Assembly: GCA_963745235.1 (NCBI GenBank)
Contig: CAVUXE010000029.1
Coordinates: forward strand, 96,001-160,000
Direction: 5' to 3'
Length of the DNA: 64,000 nucleotides
Source: an uncultured Spirochaetota bacterium
GTDB lineage: Bacteria; Spirochaetota; Spirochaetia; SZUA-6; Fen-1364
Positions 20,742-32,170 of this stretch are shown in pieces (the stretch's first letter is position 1; the number at the start of each line of letters is the position of its first letter). The notes beneath the pieces are model-generated. The model was not told the DNA's origin and ran no database searches. It saw only the letters and a list, made by a program, of their open reading frames with translations. The position numbers and the translations under genes were made by a program.

Positions 20742-21278
20742 GCGCCTGCATTTTCCAGGAACACCCTTTCGTCGTCCGATGCGAAGAACACGAGAGAAAT
20801 GGCGCGCGGCGCGGAGTGGCCGGAAATGAACGCGGAAATCACCGACCAGGCGACCTGAGCGGCTTTTTCCCGTGGGTAGCCGTAGATGCCCGGTGGAGAT
20901 GGCTGGAAAAGCGATGCTTTCCGCGCCGATGCGGTCGGCCAGCTCCAGACTGTTGCGGTAGCAGTCAGAGAGCTTCGCCTGCTCTCCGCCTCCTCCGCCG
21001 TGCCAGACCGGGCCCACGGTGTGGATGACCCAGCGAGCGGGAAGGCGCCCGGCCGCGGTCTCCACGGCCTGCCCGGTGGGAAGCCCGCCGGGAAGCCGCG
21101 TTGCGCGCAGCTTTCGGCATTCCTCCAGGATTGCCGGCCCCCCCGCGCGATGGATGGCGCCGTCCACCCCGCCGCCGCCGAGGAGGGTGGAGTTGGCCGC
21201 GTTGACGATCGCATCCGCTTTGACCCGCGTGATGTCCCCGGTGGTGACCACAAGCCTCCCTTCGAAGAAGCTTCTCAC
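20738..21278 (-). CDS. O-acetyl-ADP-ribose deacetylase (macro domain, YmdB-like), frameshifted near 20890
   Basis: [44 protein letters not shown]. Confidence 0.92.
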
Positions 21279-22600
21279 GTGAGGAGTCTCCGGATCTCGG
21301 CCACCATGTAGAAGGACCCGGTGACAAGGATGGGGCGGGTGCCGCCGGATTCCTGGCGCGCCCTTTGCAGGGCCGCATCCGGCATCTTCTCCAGTACCGT
21401 GCCCGGATTCAGGCCACGGAAGATCTTCGAACACCTGCTCCGGGTTGCTTTCCTTGAACGTGCCCGGCGTGGAGATGACGATCCGCGGGAACGCGTGCGC
21501 CAGGATGCTCGCCATTTCCCGCGGCCTTTTCCCGGCCACGGACCCGAAGAGCAGCACTGCTTCCCCGGGAAATATCCTGTCGAAGGAATCCATCAGGCGC
21601 GCTGACGGCGAGCGGTGTATGAGCGCCGTCCAGGACAACAGGCGGGTCGGCTCCCATCACCTCCATTCGCCCCGGGAAGCGATGCTGTAAGGAACCCGTC
21701 CCGGTAGCTGTGCAGCGGGATCTCCGGCCTGGTCCGTCGCAGGGTCAGGCAGGCCAGGGCGGCGTTCTCCGCCTGGAACTCACCCAGGAGGGAGAGCCGG
21801 AAGTCCACCGGGCTGTCTCCTCTGAGGTGGAGCCGAAGCGACGTGCCGCGCGCGTCCAGGGTGGTGGCCAGGCTCTCCAGCTCTTCGTCAAGGAACGTGA
21901 TCGGAGAGCCGCGCGAATGTGCGGTGTCCCGCAGCACCTGCTTGCCCGCCGGCGGCTGGAATCCCGAGAAGGCCGGGCGCCGCGGCTTGAAGATGCCGGC
22001 CTTCTCGAAGGCGATCTGCTCGATGGTGTCTCCCAGGACGTCCGTGTGCTCCAGGTCCAGGGGGGTGATCACGGCCGCCTCCGGCATCACGATGTTGGTT
22101 GCATCCAGCCTGCCGCCGATCCCCGTCTCTATGATGGCCTCCTCGCAGCCGGCTTCCCGGAAGTACAGGAACGCAAGGAGAGTGTACAGCTCGAACGTCG
22201 TGGGGGCGAAATGCCCGGGCATGCCATCCTGGGGGAGCGAATCCACGACAGCACGGGCCTCATGGCCGATGCGGACAAGGAGGTCAGGCCGCGGCTGCTC
22301 CCCCGCAATCGCGATCCTCTCGAACGCACTGGTGACGTGCGGGGAGGTGTACAGGCCGGTCCGGTGGCCGGCGGCGTCAAGGATGGAAGCCAGGAGCGCG
22401 GAGGTCGAGCCTTTCCCCTTCGTGCCGGCGACGTGGATGATGCGAAGGCCCGCGTCCGGGTCATCGAAAAGCCCCAGGAGGTGCCGCATCCGGTCCAGGC
22501 GGTAGTTGCGCTTGTCGTAGGGCAGGGTCCCCTTCTCGAGGTTCGTGAATGACTCGGTCCAGGCAAATACGTCCTCTGGAGTGTCGAGCTCTCTTTTCAT
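21275..22600 (-). CDS. folC: folylpolyglutamate/dihydrofolate synthase (frameshifted)
   Basis: [52 protein letters not shown]. Confidence 0.92.
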
Positions 22601-24028
22601 CGCAGCAGGACCGAGCTCTCCCTTTTCATCGTCCCGCGTGCGGACGATCTCCTGGATCTTGTATGTCCCGAACTTCCTGGCGTGGAGAAAACCGTCCCAA
22701 CCCGCATCCGCCAGCCTGCCTGCCTTGACCAGGTCCAGGAGCCACTGGTCCGTGTACTGGGGATCCTGCTGCGGGAACCCGGCCTGTATCTCCAGGAGCC
22801 ACGCCTGGTTGTACTCCTCCTGGGACCCGATGGTTGGCGCCATGATGACGGGGATTCCCAGGCCGCAGTAGAAGGACAGCTCGCTCGGTTTCGTCCACAG
22901 GATGTCGGTGGTGCGCATGCATTCGGCGAAGCCGTGAAAGTACTCCTCCAGGCCTGTCCCCGTCACGATCCGGATCTGCGGCGCTGCCAGCTCTTTTCGA
23001 ATGGCTTCCAGCCGGGCCCTCACCTCAGCGCGAACGCCGGCGAGGATGTTCAGCCTGATCTCTCCCCTGACGATTTTCTCCCTGAGGCTATGCGCGATGG
23101 TATGGGCGATGTCCACCTGCGCGCCTGCCCCGCCGACCCCGAAGGTGACCGTCAGGACCCGTTGCTTCAGCGGCTTGCAGTTCTCTTTGCCAAGGAAGTA
23201 CTCGATGTTCCGCCCATGGAGCGGCCAGAAGCGGTTCAACGGGTCCAGGTAGCGCAGCCTTTGCCCGAGGTCCTTGCGCAGCACGTTGAGGTTCCTGTTC
23301 CCCAGGCACTCCACGGGAAGCGGGAAGCCGGTGAGCCAGATGCGCTCGTTGGGGATGCCATATTCGTTCAGCCGGCGGACCGCCCTGCCGCACGGGGTGA
23401 GGTAAACGATCTTGCTGTCACGGGGGTTCTCCGCAACCCATGCCCTGTTGACCTCCGCGTCGCAGATCACGCAATAGGTGGGCGTATAGCCTGCCATGTC
23501 CGCGGCGATGGCCGGAGCGTAGAAGGTTGTGACGAGGGGAAGCGGGTTCGCGTTGATTGTCTCCAGCATCCCCGAGCACATCCCCCTCGTGATGAGGCGC
23601 TTGAGCCACATGACCTGAAAGGAAGGGTTTGACATGTCGCGGACCGGATAGAAGCGCGGGATGTTCTGCAGCTTGTCCAGCATGCCGAAGACGGTGTCGC
23701 CGATCAGGGGCCAGCTCTTGGTCCGCGACAGGAACTCGTAGCTCCTGCGCAGCTGCTCCCAGAGCCTGTGCTCCGAGGGGGAGGTGTTGTTGGCCTTGCC
23801 CAGCGTCATGATGCCCTGCTGCGCCACGTCCCGCAGCGGCCAGGCCGCTCTCTGATGGCCGAGTCCCATGTCCGCGGTGACGACCCACGCCCGGGGAGCA
23901 TCGGATGCCCCCGCTGGCTGGGGAAGCCGGGCTCGACGCACCACGGTATGCCGCGGCGCTGCGCTTCTGTCCACGGGGGTTGATTTCTGGAGACGCCTCT
24001 CAGCTCTCCTTGCCGGTGTGGGTTTCAT
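22597..24028 (-). CDS. glycosyltransferase-like (GT28/MGDG-synthase-like) hypothetical protein; end approximate
   Basis: DMGLGHQRAA, TGFPLP, GGAG, LWTKPSEL, GSQEEYN. Confidence 0.6.
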
Positions 24029-25328
24029 CCATTCTCCTTTCCCTCAGGGCCATTGCGTGCGCGGGGAACCCCTCGTAGTCCGCCAGGGTGATTGCCGCGG
24101 CGCGAAGCGCCTGGTGCCCGGACGCTGTGAGGTAGGCCACGGACGAGTACTTGAGGAAATCCCGCACCGAAAGGGGCGAGAAGGACCGGGCCTTGCCGCC
24201 CGTGGGAAGCACTGCGTTGGCTCCGATTGCATAGTTTGCCAGGGAAAAGGGGGTGTGCTGTCCCAGGAGGATCTCTCCCGCATTGCGCACCCCTCCCAGC
24301 GTGGCAAGGGGATCCGCGGTGGCGATCTGGAGGTGCTCGGGGGCAACATCGTTCACAATGCCAAGTGCCTCCGTGATATCGGTGGTGCGGATGATCCCGC
24401 CGTAGTTCGCAAAGACTTCGCGGACATATGTTACGCGGGGCTCGGGAAGGGAGGCGGCGAGCTTCGGGAGGAGATCCGCAACCTTCAGCGCCAGGCCCTC
24501 TGCCGGCGTGACCAGGAGCGCCTGGGAATCCGCGCCATGCTCCGCTTCTATCAGCAGGTCAAGGGCGACGCGGCGCGCATCAGCGCTCTCATCCGCGATG
24601 ATCATGGACTCCGAGGGTCCGGCAGGGAGCCCGACGTCCACCACTCCGACGAGGAGCCTTTTTGCCGCTGTCACATACTGGTTGCCGGGTCCGACGAACT
24701 TCTCCACCCGTCGAATGCTTTCCGTGCCGTACGCGAGCGCCGCCAGCGCCTGCACCCCGCCGACCCGGTAAACCTCGTGCGCGCCGCACAGCCGGGCGGC
24801 GAAGAGAGTGGCCGGGTCACAGGCGCCCAGGGCGTCCGGCGGGGTGACCACGACGACGCGCGGAACCCGCGCGACGCGGGCGGGCTCCGCCATCATGTAG
24901 GTGGAGGAGGGGAAGCTTCCTTTGCCCCGCGGCGCATACAGGCCGACAGCAGGAATGGCCGTGGCCCGTTCCCCCGCGTATACGCCGGGCATCACTTCGT
25001 CGAAGCTCATGGCGCCCGGCAGCTGGCCTTCATGGTAGACCCGCACGTTGCGCACACAGAAGCGGATTGCATCCTTGACGGCCGCGGAGAGCAGGGACTC
25101 TGCCCGGGCAAACTCTTCTTCCTGGACGGCCAGGGGCATGCCCGAAATGTCAGCGCCGTTGAACCGGCGCGTGAGGGAGACGAGCGCCTTGTCCCCTTCC
25201 GCGCGCACCTGCTCAATGATCTCCCGCACCTGGGGGATGGCGGAAGAGATGTCCTGCTCCGAGCGGGAGAGGATCTTCTTCTTCTCCTCTCCGGAGAGCG
25301 AACGCCAGTCGAGGATGCGCACATTCAT
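24000..25328 (-). CDS. hisD: histidinol dehydrogenase-like protein (divergent)
   Basis: GLYAPRG, GGVQA, GPGNQYV, AGPSE, EAEH, APEHL, VLPTGG, EG..AH. Confidence 0.85.
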   Translation of the reverse strand: MNVRILDWRSLSGEEKKKILSRSEQDISSAIPQVREIIEQVRAEGDKALVSLTRRFNGADISGMPLAVQEEEFARAESLLSAAVKDAIRFCVRNVRVYHEGQLPGAMSFDEVMPGVYAGERATAIPAVGLYAPRGKGSFPSSTYMMAEPARVARVPRVVVVTPPDALGACDPATLFAARLCGAHEVYRVGGVQALAALAYGTESIRRVEKFVGPGNQYVTAAKRLLVGVVDVGLPAGPSESMIIADESADARRVALDLLIEAEHGADSQALLVTPAEGLALKVADLLPKLAASLPEPRVTYVREVFANYGGIIRTTDITEALGIVNDVAPEHLQIATADPLATLGGVRNAGEILLGQHTPFSLANYAIGANAVLPTGGKARSFSPLSVRDFLKYSSVAYLTASGHQALRAAAITLADYEGFPAHAMALRERRMDETHTGKES

Positions 25329-25360
25329 ATCGGCTACTCTACCGGGCCATGGTGCCGGCG

Positions 25361-26728
25361 TCAATTGAGACCCGAATCGAGCACCGGTTGCTCGGCCTCC
25401 AGCCAGTTCCTCCGGGCAAGCTCCTGGAACCAGAATGCGCTCTTGCGGAAGGTGCGGGCCTGGGTTGCAAAGTCCGTGTGCAGCAGCCCGAAGCGCATCA
25501 GGTGACCGAACGCCCACTCGAAGTTGTCCATCAGGGTCCAGTGGAAATAGCCGCGGCAGTCCACACCCTCCGCAACCGCCTTCCCCACCAGCGCGATGTG
25601 GTCCCGCAGGTAAGCGATGCGTTCCGGGTCGTCCAGGGGATCCCGCCCGTCCGCCCCGGGAAGAGGAAAGCCGTTCTCCGTGATGTAGCACGGAGGGTTG
25701 CCGTACTCGTCACGCAGCCGAAGGAGCGAGAGATAGATGCCCTTGGGATAGATCTCCCACATGGCGCTGCGCGGCGCGTGGGGATCCACGTATTCCCGGG
25801 CGTGCGTGTAGGGCTGCAGCAGGGACCAGCGGTAGACCGAGCGCTGATAGTAGTTTATCCCGGCAAAATCCAGGGAACCCTTCATTCCGGGAAGGTCCCT
25901 TTCGAAGCCGCGCGGCATGTGGCGGCCAACACGGGCGAGCACACTCCCTGGATAGGCACCGAGGAAAAAAGGGTCCATGAAGAAGCGGTTGAGCGCCTGG
26001 TCCATGAACAGCGCTGCCGCCCTGTCCCTTTCCCGGCCCGGATCCTTCGGGGATATCCAGATCTGCGCCAGGGCCATGCCCATCCGTCCTCCCGGAACCA
26101 GCGCTCTGACGGCCTCGCGAAGGCGCGCGTGGGACAGGAGCAGGTGATGGGCGCAGTGAAACATGCCGCTCAGGTCGTTCTTGCGGCCAGGAGGGAAGTA
26201 TCCCAGGATGTAGCCCAGAGAGGCGAAGATCGACGGTTCGTTGACGGAGATCCAGGTCTTTACCCGGTCTCCCAGGTTCCTGAACAGGCAGGCGCCGTAC
26301 TCCTCCAGGTGGTCAACGGCGGCGCGTTTCACGAAGCCGCCGGTCTTTTCCAGCCAGACGGGTTCATCCCAGTGGAAGAGGGTAAGCCACGGCTCGATGT
26401 TCGAAGCAAGCAGGCAGTCGACCAGGCGCGAGTAGAAGTCCAGGCCTTTCTGGTTGACGCGATGGGGCTCGGGGAATATCCGGGGCCACGACACGGAGAA
26501 CCGGTAGGCGTTGAGCCCCAGCTCCTTCATGAGGCCGACGTCCTGCGCGGACCTGCGATAATGGTCGCACGCTGCGTCGCCGTTCGTTCCATCCCTGATT
26601 CTTCCCGGCCGGTGGCTGAACTCGTGCCAGATCGAAGGGCTGGCGCCGTCCGCGAGCGGGGACCCCTCTATCTGGTAGGAAGCTGTTGCTGCGCCCCAGA
26701 GGAAGCCGCGCGGGAACTGGATAGGCAT
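25361..26728 (-). CDS. GH1 beta-glucosidase
   Basis: WGAATASYQIEG, NEP acid/base, ITENG nucleophile, DNFEW. Confidence 0.95.
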   Translation of the reverse strand: MPIQFPRGFLWGAATASYQIEGSPLADGASPSIWHEFSHRPGRIRDGTNGDAACDHYRRSAQDVGLMKELGLNAYRFSVSWPRIFPEPHRVNQKGLDFYSRLVDCLLASNIEPWLTLFHWDEPVWLEKTGGFVKRAAVDHLEEYGACLFRNLGDRVKTWISVNEPSIFASLGYILGYFPPGRKNDLSGMFHCAHHLLLSHARLREAVRALVPGGRMGMALAQIWISPKDPGRERDRAAALFMDQALNRFFMDPFFLGAYPGSVLARVGRHMPRGFERDLPGMKGSLDFAGINYYQRSVYRWSLLQPYTHAREYVDPHAPRSAMWEIYPKGIYLSLLRLRDEYGNPPCYITENGFPLPGADGRDPLDDPERIAYLRDHIALVGKAVAEGVDCRGYFHWTLMDNFEWAFGHLMRFGLLHTDFATQARTFRKSAFWFQELARRNWLEAEQPVLDSGLN

Positions 26729-26783
26729 GATTCCCTCCGAAGGCCGGATGGTAGCGTGCCGAGGGGCAGCGCGTCGAGATGCG

Positions 26784-26829
26784 GCTCGGCGCCCCCCACG
26801 CGGCTCCGCCGCGCTACGCATCCTTGGCT
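26784..26829. repeat. REP-like dispersed repeat, copy A
   Basis: GCTCGGCGCCCCCCACGCGGCTCCGCCGCGCTACGCATCCTTGGCT, near-identical to 29917-29961. Confidence 0.75.
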
Positions 26830-26852
26830 CGCCACCGGGATCGGAGTCTTCA

Positions 26853-27248
26853 GACGAGGTTAGGCGAACTGAGCCTCAAGATCCCCAAGCTACGCGAGGT
26901 GAGCTACTTCCCTTCCTTCCTGGAACCAAGGCGACCGCCTTCGTTCAGGATAGCCACACCGAGGCAGTTCGGCAGTGGCGGGAGTCGGCTATGAACCTCC
27001 GGACGCGGTTCCCGAAGGTCCAAGACCTGATGGAGAGGGCCGAAGTCGATGTGCTGGCGTTCATCGCGCTCCCGAAGGAGCACTGGCCACAGATCGCGAG
27101 CACCAATCCCATCGAGCGGCTCAACCGAGAGATCAAGCGTCGATCGCAGGTCGTCGGGATCTTCCCGAACGACGCCCCGGTACTGTGCCTCGTGCGCGCT
27201 GATGGCCGAGCAAAACCGATGAGTGGCAGGTCTTACGAAGGTACATGA
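26853..27248 (+). pseudogene. IS256-family transposase remnant (internally deleted)
   Basis: GELSLKIPKLR..SYFPSFLEPRR joined to LAF..LPKEHW..IASTNPIERLNREIKRR..VVGIFPN. Confidence 0.85.
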
Positions 27249-27435
27249 GTCAAGAAAGTCTTCAGAAAGTCGGAGGACCGGGACAGGATCCACTCCCGGG
27301 CAAGGGGCCCGGCAGGGCCGCATAAACTCGGTTTGGACGAATTGGAGGGGTTATGGAAACGCTGAAGAATGGGCTACTTGGCCGATGACATGATCGAGTT
27401 CCGGCGACTTCGTCTTCTCAGAGAATTGGGTCGCC

Positions 27436-28386
27436 TCAAACCTGGGACGATTCAAAGCCTGTGCGATTCATGGAACCTGCATGGGTGCGAGCGTATTGTC
27501 TTGGGGAACATCCCAGTACTCTTTTGAACGCAGCGCTAAAGGCACTCTCAGACTCGTAGCCGAGAGAGGGCGCAATCTCAGCGATGGGGTCATGGAAGTC
27601 CATCAACCGTTCTGTTGCCTTGAACATCCGCCATTGGGTCACATATTCAATGGCCGAGGTACCAACGGTCGCTTTGAACCTCTGGGCGAAAAGAGAACGG
27701 GACATTCCCGCTATCCCGGCCAATCTCTGAAGAGTCCAGCGTTGGGCCGGGTCACCATGGATCGCGGTCAGCGCACGGCTGATTTTTTCATCGGAAAGAG
27801 CGAACAGCCACCCAGAAATGCCGTTGGAGCCTTCAGACAAGTAGACCCGCAAAGCCTGAATCAGAATCAGGGAGGCGAGGTGCTGTTCTACCAGGCTGCT
27901 GCCGGGTCGCGAGGTCCGCAGCTCACGCATCAAAAAATCGAGGGACCAATGAAAGGCAGGATCGATGGACTCTTTGCGGATATGAATGACGGGAGGCAGG
28001 AGATCGAGGAGAACATTGGCCTGGTGTCCAGAGAGGAGAAAGTGCCCTCCGAGGGTCAAGCTGTTTCCGCCTCCATTGAGAGTAACGATGTCACCATTAT
28101 GCCGGATCGCCGACTTGAAGACCGCCACGTCGGTGGCTGGCAACGACGGGTCAGTCGTCAGACAACACGGATGTCCTCCCGTAAGCAACACGCAGTCTCC
28201 TGCATCGAGGTGCACCGCTTCCGGCGTTCCCTCCACCAACAGCCAAAGCTGACCTGAGACAAGAGCGTAGTACTTGATGCCTTCAAACCGGGGAAACTGT
28301 ACCGAGTGGTCTCCACCCACATCAAAACCGCTGCAGGTGAAGCTGTGAGGCTTGAGGAGCGAAATGACATCAGAAAGTGGATCCAC
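27436..28386 (-). CDS. AraC family regulator with cupin domain (RclR-like)
   Basis: MDPLSDVI, WTL..LA..AGMSRS.FA.RF, LGYESESAFS.AFKR. Confidence 0.92.
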   Translation of the reverse strand: MDPLSDVISLLKPHSFTCSGFDVGGDHSVQFPRFEGIKYYALVSGQLWLLVEGTPEAVHLDAGDCVLLTGGHPCCLTTDPSLPATDVAVFKSAIRHNGDIVTLNGGGNSLTLGGHFLLSGHQANVLLDLLPPVIHIRKESIDPAFHWSLDFLMRELRTSRPGSSLVEQHLASLILIQALRVYLSEGSNGISGWLFALSDEKISRALTAIHGDPAQRWTLQRLAGIAGMSRSLFAQRFKATVGTSAIEYVTQWRMFKATERLMDFHDPIAEIAPSLGYESESAFSAAFKRVLGCSPRQYARTHAGSMNRTGFESSQV

Positions 28387-28480
28387 GAGTCCTCCTGGAC
28401 GATCCCGACGATAATTTGGACTCAGGAATATAGATCGTACGAAGTCAAGGTACTACTTTCCTGTCAAAGGAGACAAACAC

Positions 28481-29564
28481 ATGCCATCAACCGATTCAGA
28501 TAATTCAAAGCCGCTCCCAGAAGTGTCATTGCCTCTGAGTTTCAGTGCCCTTGCGATCCCGCGGACGGGAGATCCCGTGAGTCTTCAACGGAAGACCATT
28601 TCGTCCTTGGCCCCCGACGAGCTTTTCGTCCGGGTGAACTATGCTTCCATCAACAAAATGGATCCCATGTTGGCGAAGAGGAATCTCTTCCAGCTTCCTG
28701 AGCCCTACGTGTTGGGTTTCGACTTTAGCGGAGTGGTCGTCAAACGGGGGAGTGAGGGCCCTCAAGGCTTGCAGGTGGGCGATCCTGTACTCGGAAGCAT
28801 CGGCAAGGGAGGCTGTTACGCCGAGTATCTAGTCGTCAAAGGCTATCCCGATAAAATCGCAGCTCGAGGGCGTGTGCCTGCGACCGAAGCCAGCACCTTC
28901 GGGATTGCGTTTCTGACGGCGTACGAGAGCCTCATCCTGTCCGGTGACATCCAGCGGCACCAGGGCAAGTGGATCTACATTGCCGGCGCGGGCGGTGGCC
29001 TCGGGCACTTTGCGGTCCAGATGGCCAAGATCCATGGGCTCAAAGTGATTGGTTCCGCCGGGCAAGCCGGCGACGACAGACCTTTTGCATCGACTGCAGG
29101 TTGATCACGTCATCGACTATTCCAAGCAGGACGTGGTGGATGAAATCTTCAAATTGACCAAGGGACGAGGCGTCGACGTGGTCTACGACTCGACCAACTC
29201 GGCGTCGTCCTACCAACAGTCTTCGGCGGTAATTGCTTCGGGTGGGGAGTACATCCGCCTGGGAACCGCCAGGCAGTTGCAGCAATTCGGGTTGGTGGAT
29301 TTGTCCTCGGTGGTCGAAGCACGAGGGGGCAAAATGGTCATCGGCGACCTTGCACGATATACGACGGATCCCGAATTCCAGTCCCAACGAGCGAACGTAG
29401 CCAGGGGTTTGGAACAGGCCGTTCGATGGACGGAGGAAGGGAAGCTCAAGGCCGAAATCACCAAAATCGTTCCGTTTGATCCCGTGGCCTTGCAGCAAGC
29501 CTTTGAGGCTTTTTCCCGGGGCGAGATCAACGTGGGCAAGGTCGTTGTTCGGTGCTCTGAATAA
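28481..29564 (+). CDS. MDR-family quinone oxidoreductase / zinc-binding dehydrogenase (frameshift near 29065)
   Basis: ASIN, VLGFDFSG, GAGGGLG, IDY, GVDVVYD, GKVVV. Confidence 0.82.
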
Positions 29565-29789
29565 GGAGGAAGTGGGTACTCCAAGCAAACACACGAGAGT
29601 CAGCGTGGTACTCAACTTCCTCGAAACCCCCCAAACTCTTTCTCAAAACCCATTCTCGCTTCGTGTTTCTCGTTTCCGGTACCCTGGGATGAGTTTCGAG
29701 AACCAGCCTTTTCCCCGATAACCTTTCATTAGTCGGAATACGAGAAATCGGGGTACGCGGTAGAATCTGACCCTCGACTCCACCCTACT

Positions 29790-29961
29790 CATCCCTGGCT
29801 CTGGGGCGCCTTCTGTACCGCGTTCGCGCGGAACGCGTACGGCGTACTCGCCGAACGGGTACTCCCGTACTCGCGTACCGCGTTCGCGCGGAACGCGTAC
29901 TCGCGTACATCCCTGTGCTCGGCGCCCCCGCGCGGCTGCGCCGCGCTACGCATCCCTGGCT
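29790..29961. repeat. cluster of GTAC-containing palindromes plus REP-like repeat copy B
   Basis: GTACCGCGTTCGCGCGGAACGCGTAC twice (29815, 29875); GGCG-TACT-CGCC; ACGGG-TACT-CCCGT; CATCCCTG three times. Confidence 0.75.
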
Positions 29962-30174
29962 TGACTTCGAGGGCTTCTCTATTTACCTTCTTTCCAGTTG
30001 AATGTCTCCCGCAATCACAGCAATTGTAACTGGATAGTGGTTTTCCCGGGCGGCAAAAAAGCGGAAGAGCCGCGCGCCCGGTGAAGCTCCGCAAGCGACG
30101 CAGGAAGCGCCGCGGACGGGAGCGCCGGAAGCGACCAGGAGGTCGCTCGCGGGAGAGCAGTAAAGGAGAATAGA

Positions 30175-32093
30175 ATGGCGAGAGTCATCGGAATCGACCT
30201 GGGGACTTCCAACTCGGCCGCCTCCGTGATGGAAGGCGGAAGGCCCACAATCATCCCGTCGGCGGAAGGAGCGGGGGTATCCTCCGGCAAAGCGTTTCCT
30301 TCATTCGTGGCATTCACCAAGGAGGGGGAGCGGCTGGTCGGGGAGCCCGCGCGCAGGCAGGCGGCCATCAACCCGGACGGCACGATCTACGCGGCAAAGC
30401 GGAAAATGGGGACGGACTACAAGTTCAAGGCGTACGGGAAAGAGTACAGCCCCCAGCAGATCTCTGCGTTCATTCTGCAGAAGATCAAGCAGGATGCGGA
30501 GGCATACCTCGGGGACACCGTGGAAGAGGTGGTCATCACCTGTCCCGCGTACTTCGACGACAATCAGCGCACGGCGACCAAGGATGCCGGTGAGATCGCC
30601 GGCCTGAAGGTCCTGCGCATCATCAACGAGCCCACCGCGGCGTGTCTTGCGTACGGCCTGGAGAAGGCGGGCAAGGAGCTGAAGATCCTTGTGTTCGACT
30701 TCGGGGGCGGGACCCTGGACGTCACCATCATGGAGATGTGGAAGGAAGGCGGCTTCAAAGTCGTCGCCACCAGCGGGGACACCCAGCTGGGAGGCACGGA
30801 CATGGACAACACTTTCGTCGACTACGTGGTCAAAGAGTTCATGCGTCAGACCGGGCATCGACCTGAAGAAAGACACCATGGCCATGCAGAGGGTGCGGGA
30901 AGCAGCGGAGAAAGCGAAAGTGGAGCTTTCCAGCACCATGTCCACGGACATCAACCTGCCCTTCATCACCGCGGACGCGAGCGGCCCGAAGCACCTCACC
31001 ATGACGGTGAACAGGGCCAAGCTGGAGGAGCTGATCGGCCCGATCGTCCAACGCTGCCGCGTTCCCCTGGAAACCGCGCTTCGCGACGCGCGCGGGGCGT
31101 TCTCCAAGGATGGAGTGCAGTTCAACGAGACCGGCGCGGACATCGACAAGATCATCATGGTGGGCGGTCCCACGCGCATGCCCATCGTGCAGAAGTTCGT
31201 TGAGGACTTCTTCGGCAAGAAGATCGAACGTGGTGTGGACCCCATGGAGTGCGTTGCCATGGGCGCCGCCATCCAGGCGGCCATCATCAAGGGAGAGGTC
31301 AAGGACGTCCTGCTCCTGGACGTCACTCCGCTGTCCCTCGGCATCGAGACGCTGGGCGGGGTGAGCACGAAGCTCATCGAGCGCAACACCACCATCCCCA
31401 CGCGAAAGAGCGAGATCTTCTCCACCGCGGCGGACAACCAGACGGAGGTCACTATCCGCGTGCTCCAGGGCGAGCGGCCCATGGCCAACGACAACGTCGA
31501 GCTGGGCAGGTTCAACCTGGTGGGGATCCCGCCGGCGCCCCGCGGGGTGCCGCAGGTCGAGGTGTCCTTCGATATCGACGCCAACGGCATCGTGAGCGTG
31601 GCGGCCAAGGACCTGGGGACCGGCAAACAGCAGTCCATCAAGATCACGGCGCCCAAGAAGCTTTCGAAGGAAGAGATCGAGAAGATGGTGCGCCAGGCGG
31701 AGCAGTTCGCCTCGGAGGATGCCAAGCGCAAGGAAGAGGTGGAGGCCATCAACCAGGCGGACACCCTTGCGTACTCGGTGGAGAAGTCCCTCAAGGACTA
31801 CGGGGACAAGGTGAGCCAGGCCGAGCGGGCGGACATCGAAGCGAAGCTCAACGACCTGAAGTCCGCCATCAAGGAAAAGAACGTGGATCGGATCAAGAAG
31901 GGCATGGAGGAGCTCACCAAGGCGTCGCACAAGCTTGCGGAGGAAGTGTACAAGCAGGCCGCCGGGCAAGCAGGGGGCAGGGCCGCAGCAGGGCCCCGGC
32001 CCGGAGGCCGGCGCGGGTCCCCGGGACGACGGGGGGAAGAAGAACGACGACGTCATCGACGCCGAGTTCCGCGAAGAGAAGAAAGACAAGTAA
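30175..32093 (+). CDS. dnaK: molecular chaperone DnaK (frameshifts near 30855 and 31970-32030)
   Basis: [46 protein letters not shown]-terminal DVIDAEF. Confidence 0.95.
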
Positions 32094-32170
32094 GGCACTG
32101 GCGGGTACGCGCGCGGGGACGGATGAACTCGTCCTGCGCCGTTCCTTGCCGGGGCCGTTTTTGATGTCCT

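Noticed and set aside
19212-24028. Apparent fusions FolC-macro-NFACT (808 aa) and GT-FolC (811 aa) in the ORF track
   Set aside because: Junction segments are out-of-frame nonsense; each gene has its own overlapping start/stop, so the fusions are frameshift artefacts
29790-29961. Mini CRISPR array (26-bp palindromic repeat twice with a 34-bp gap)
   Set aside because: Only two repeats, the gap itself consists of related GTAC hairpins, and there is no leader or cas gene; better explained as REP-like
30030-30165. grpE remnant or CIRCE upstream of dnaK
   Set aside because: No TTAGCACTC-N9-GAGTGCTAA and no GrpE motifs
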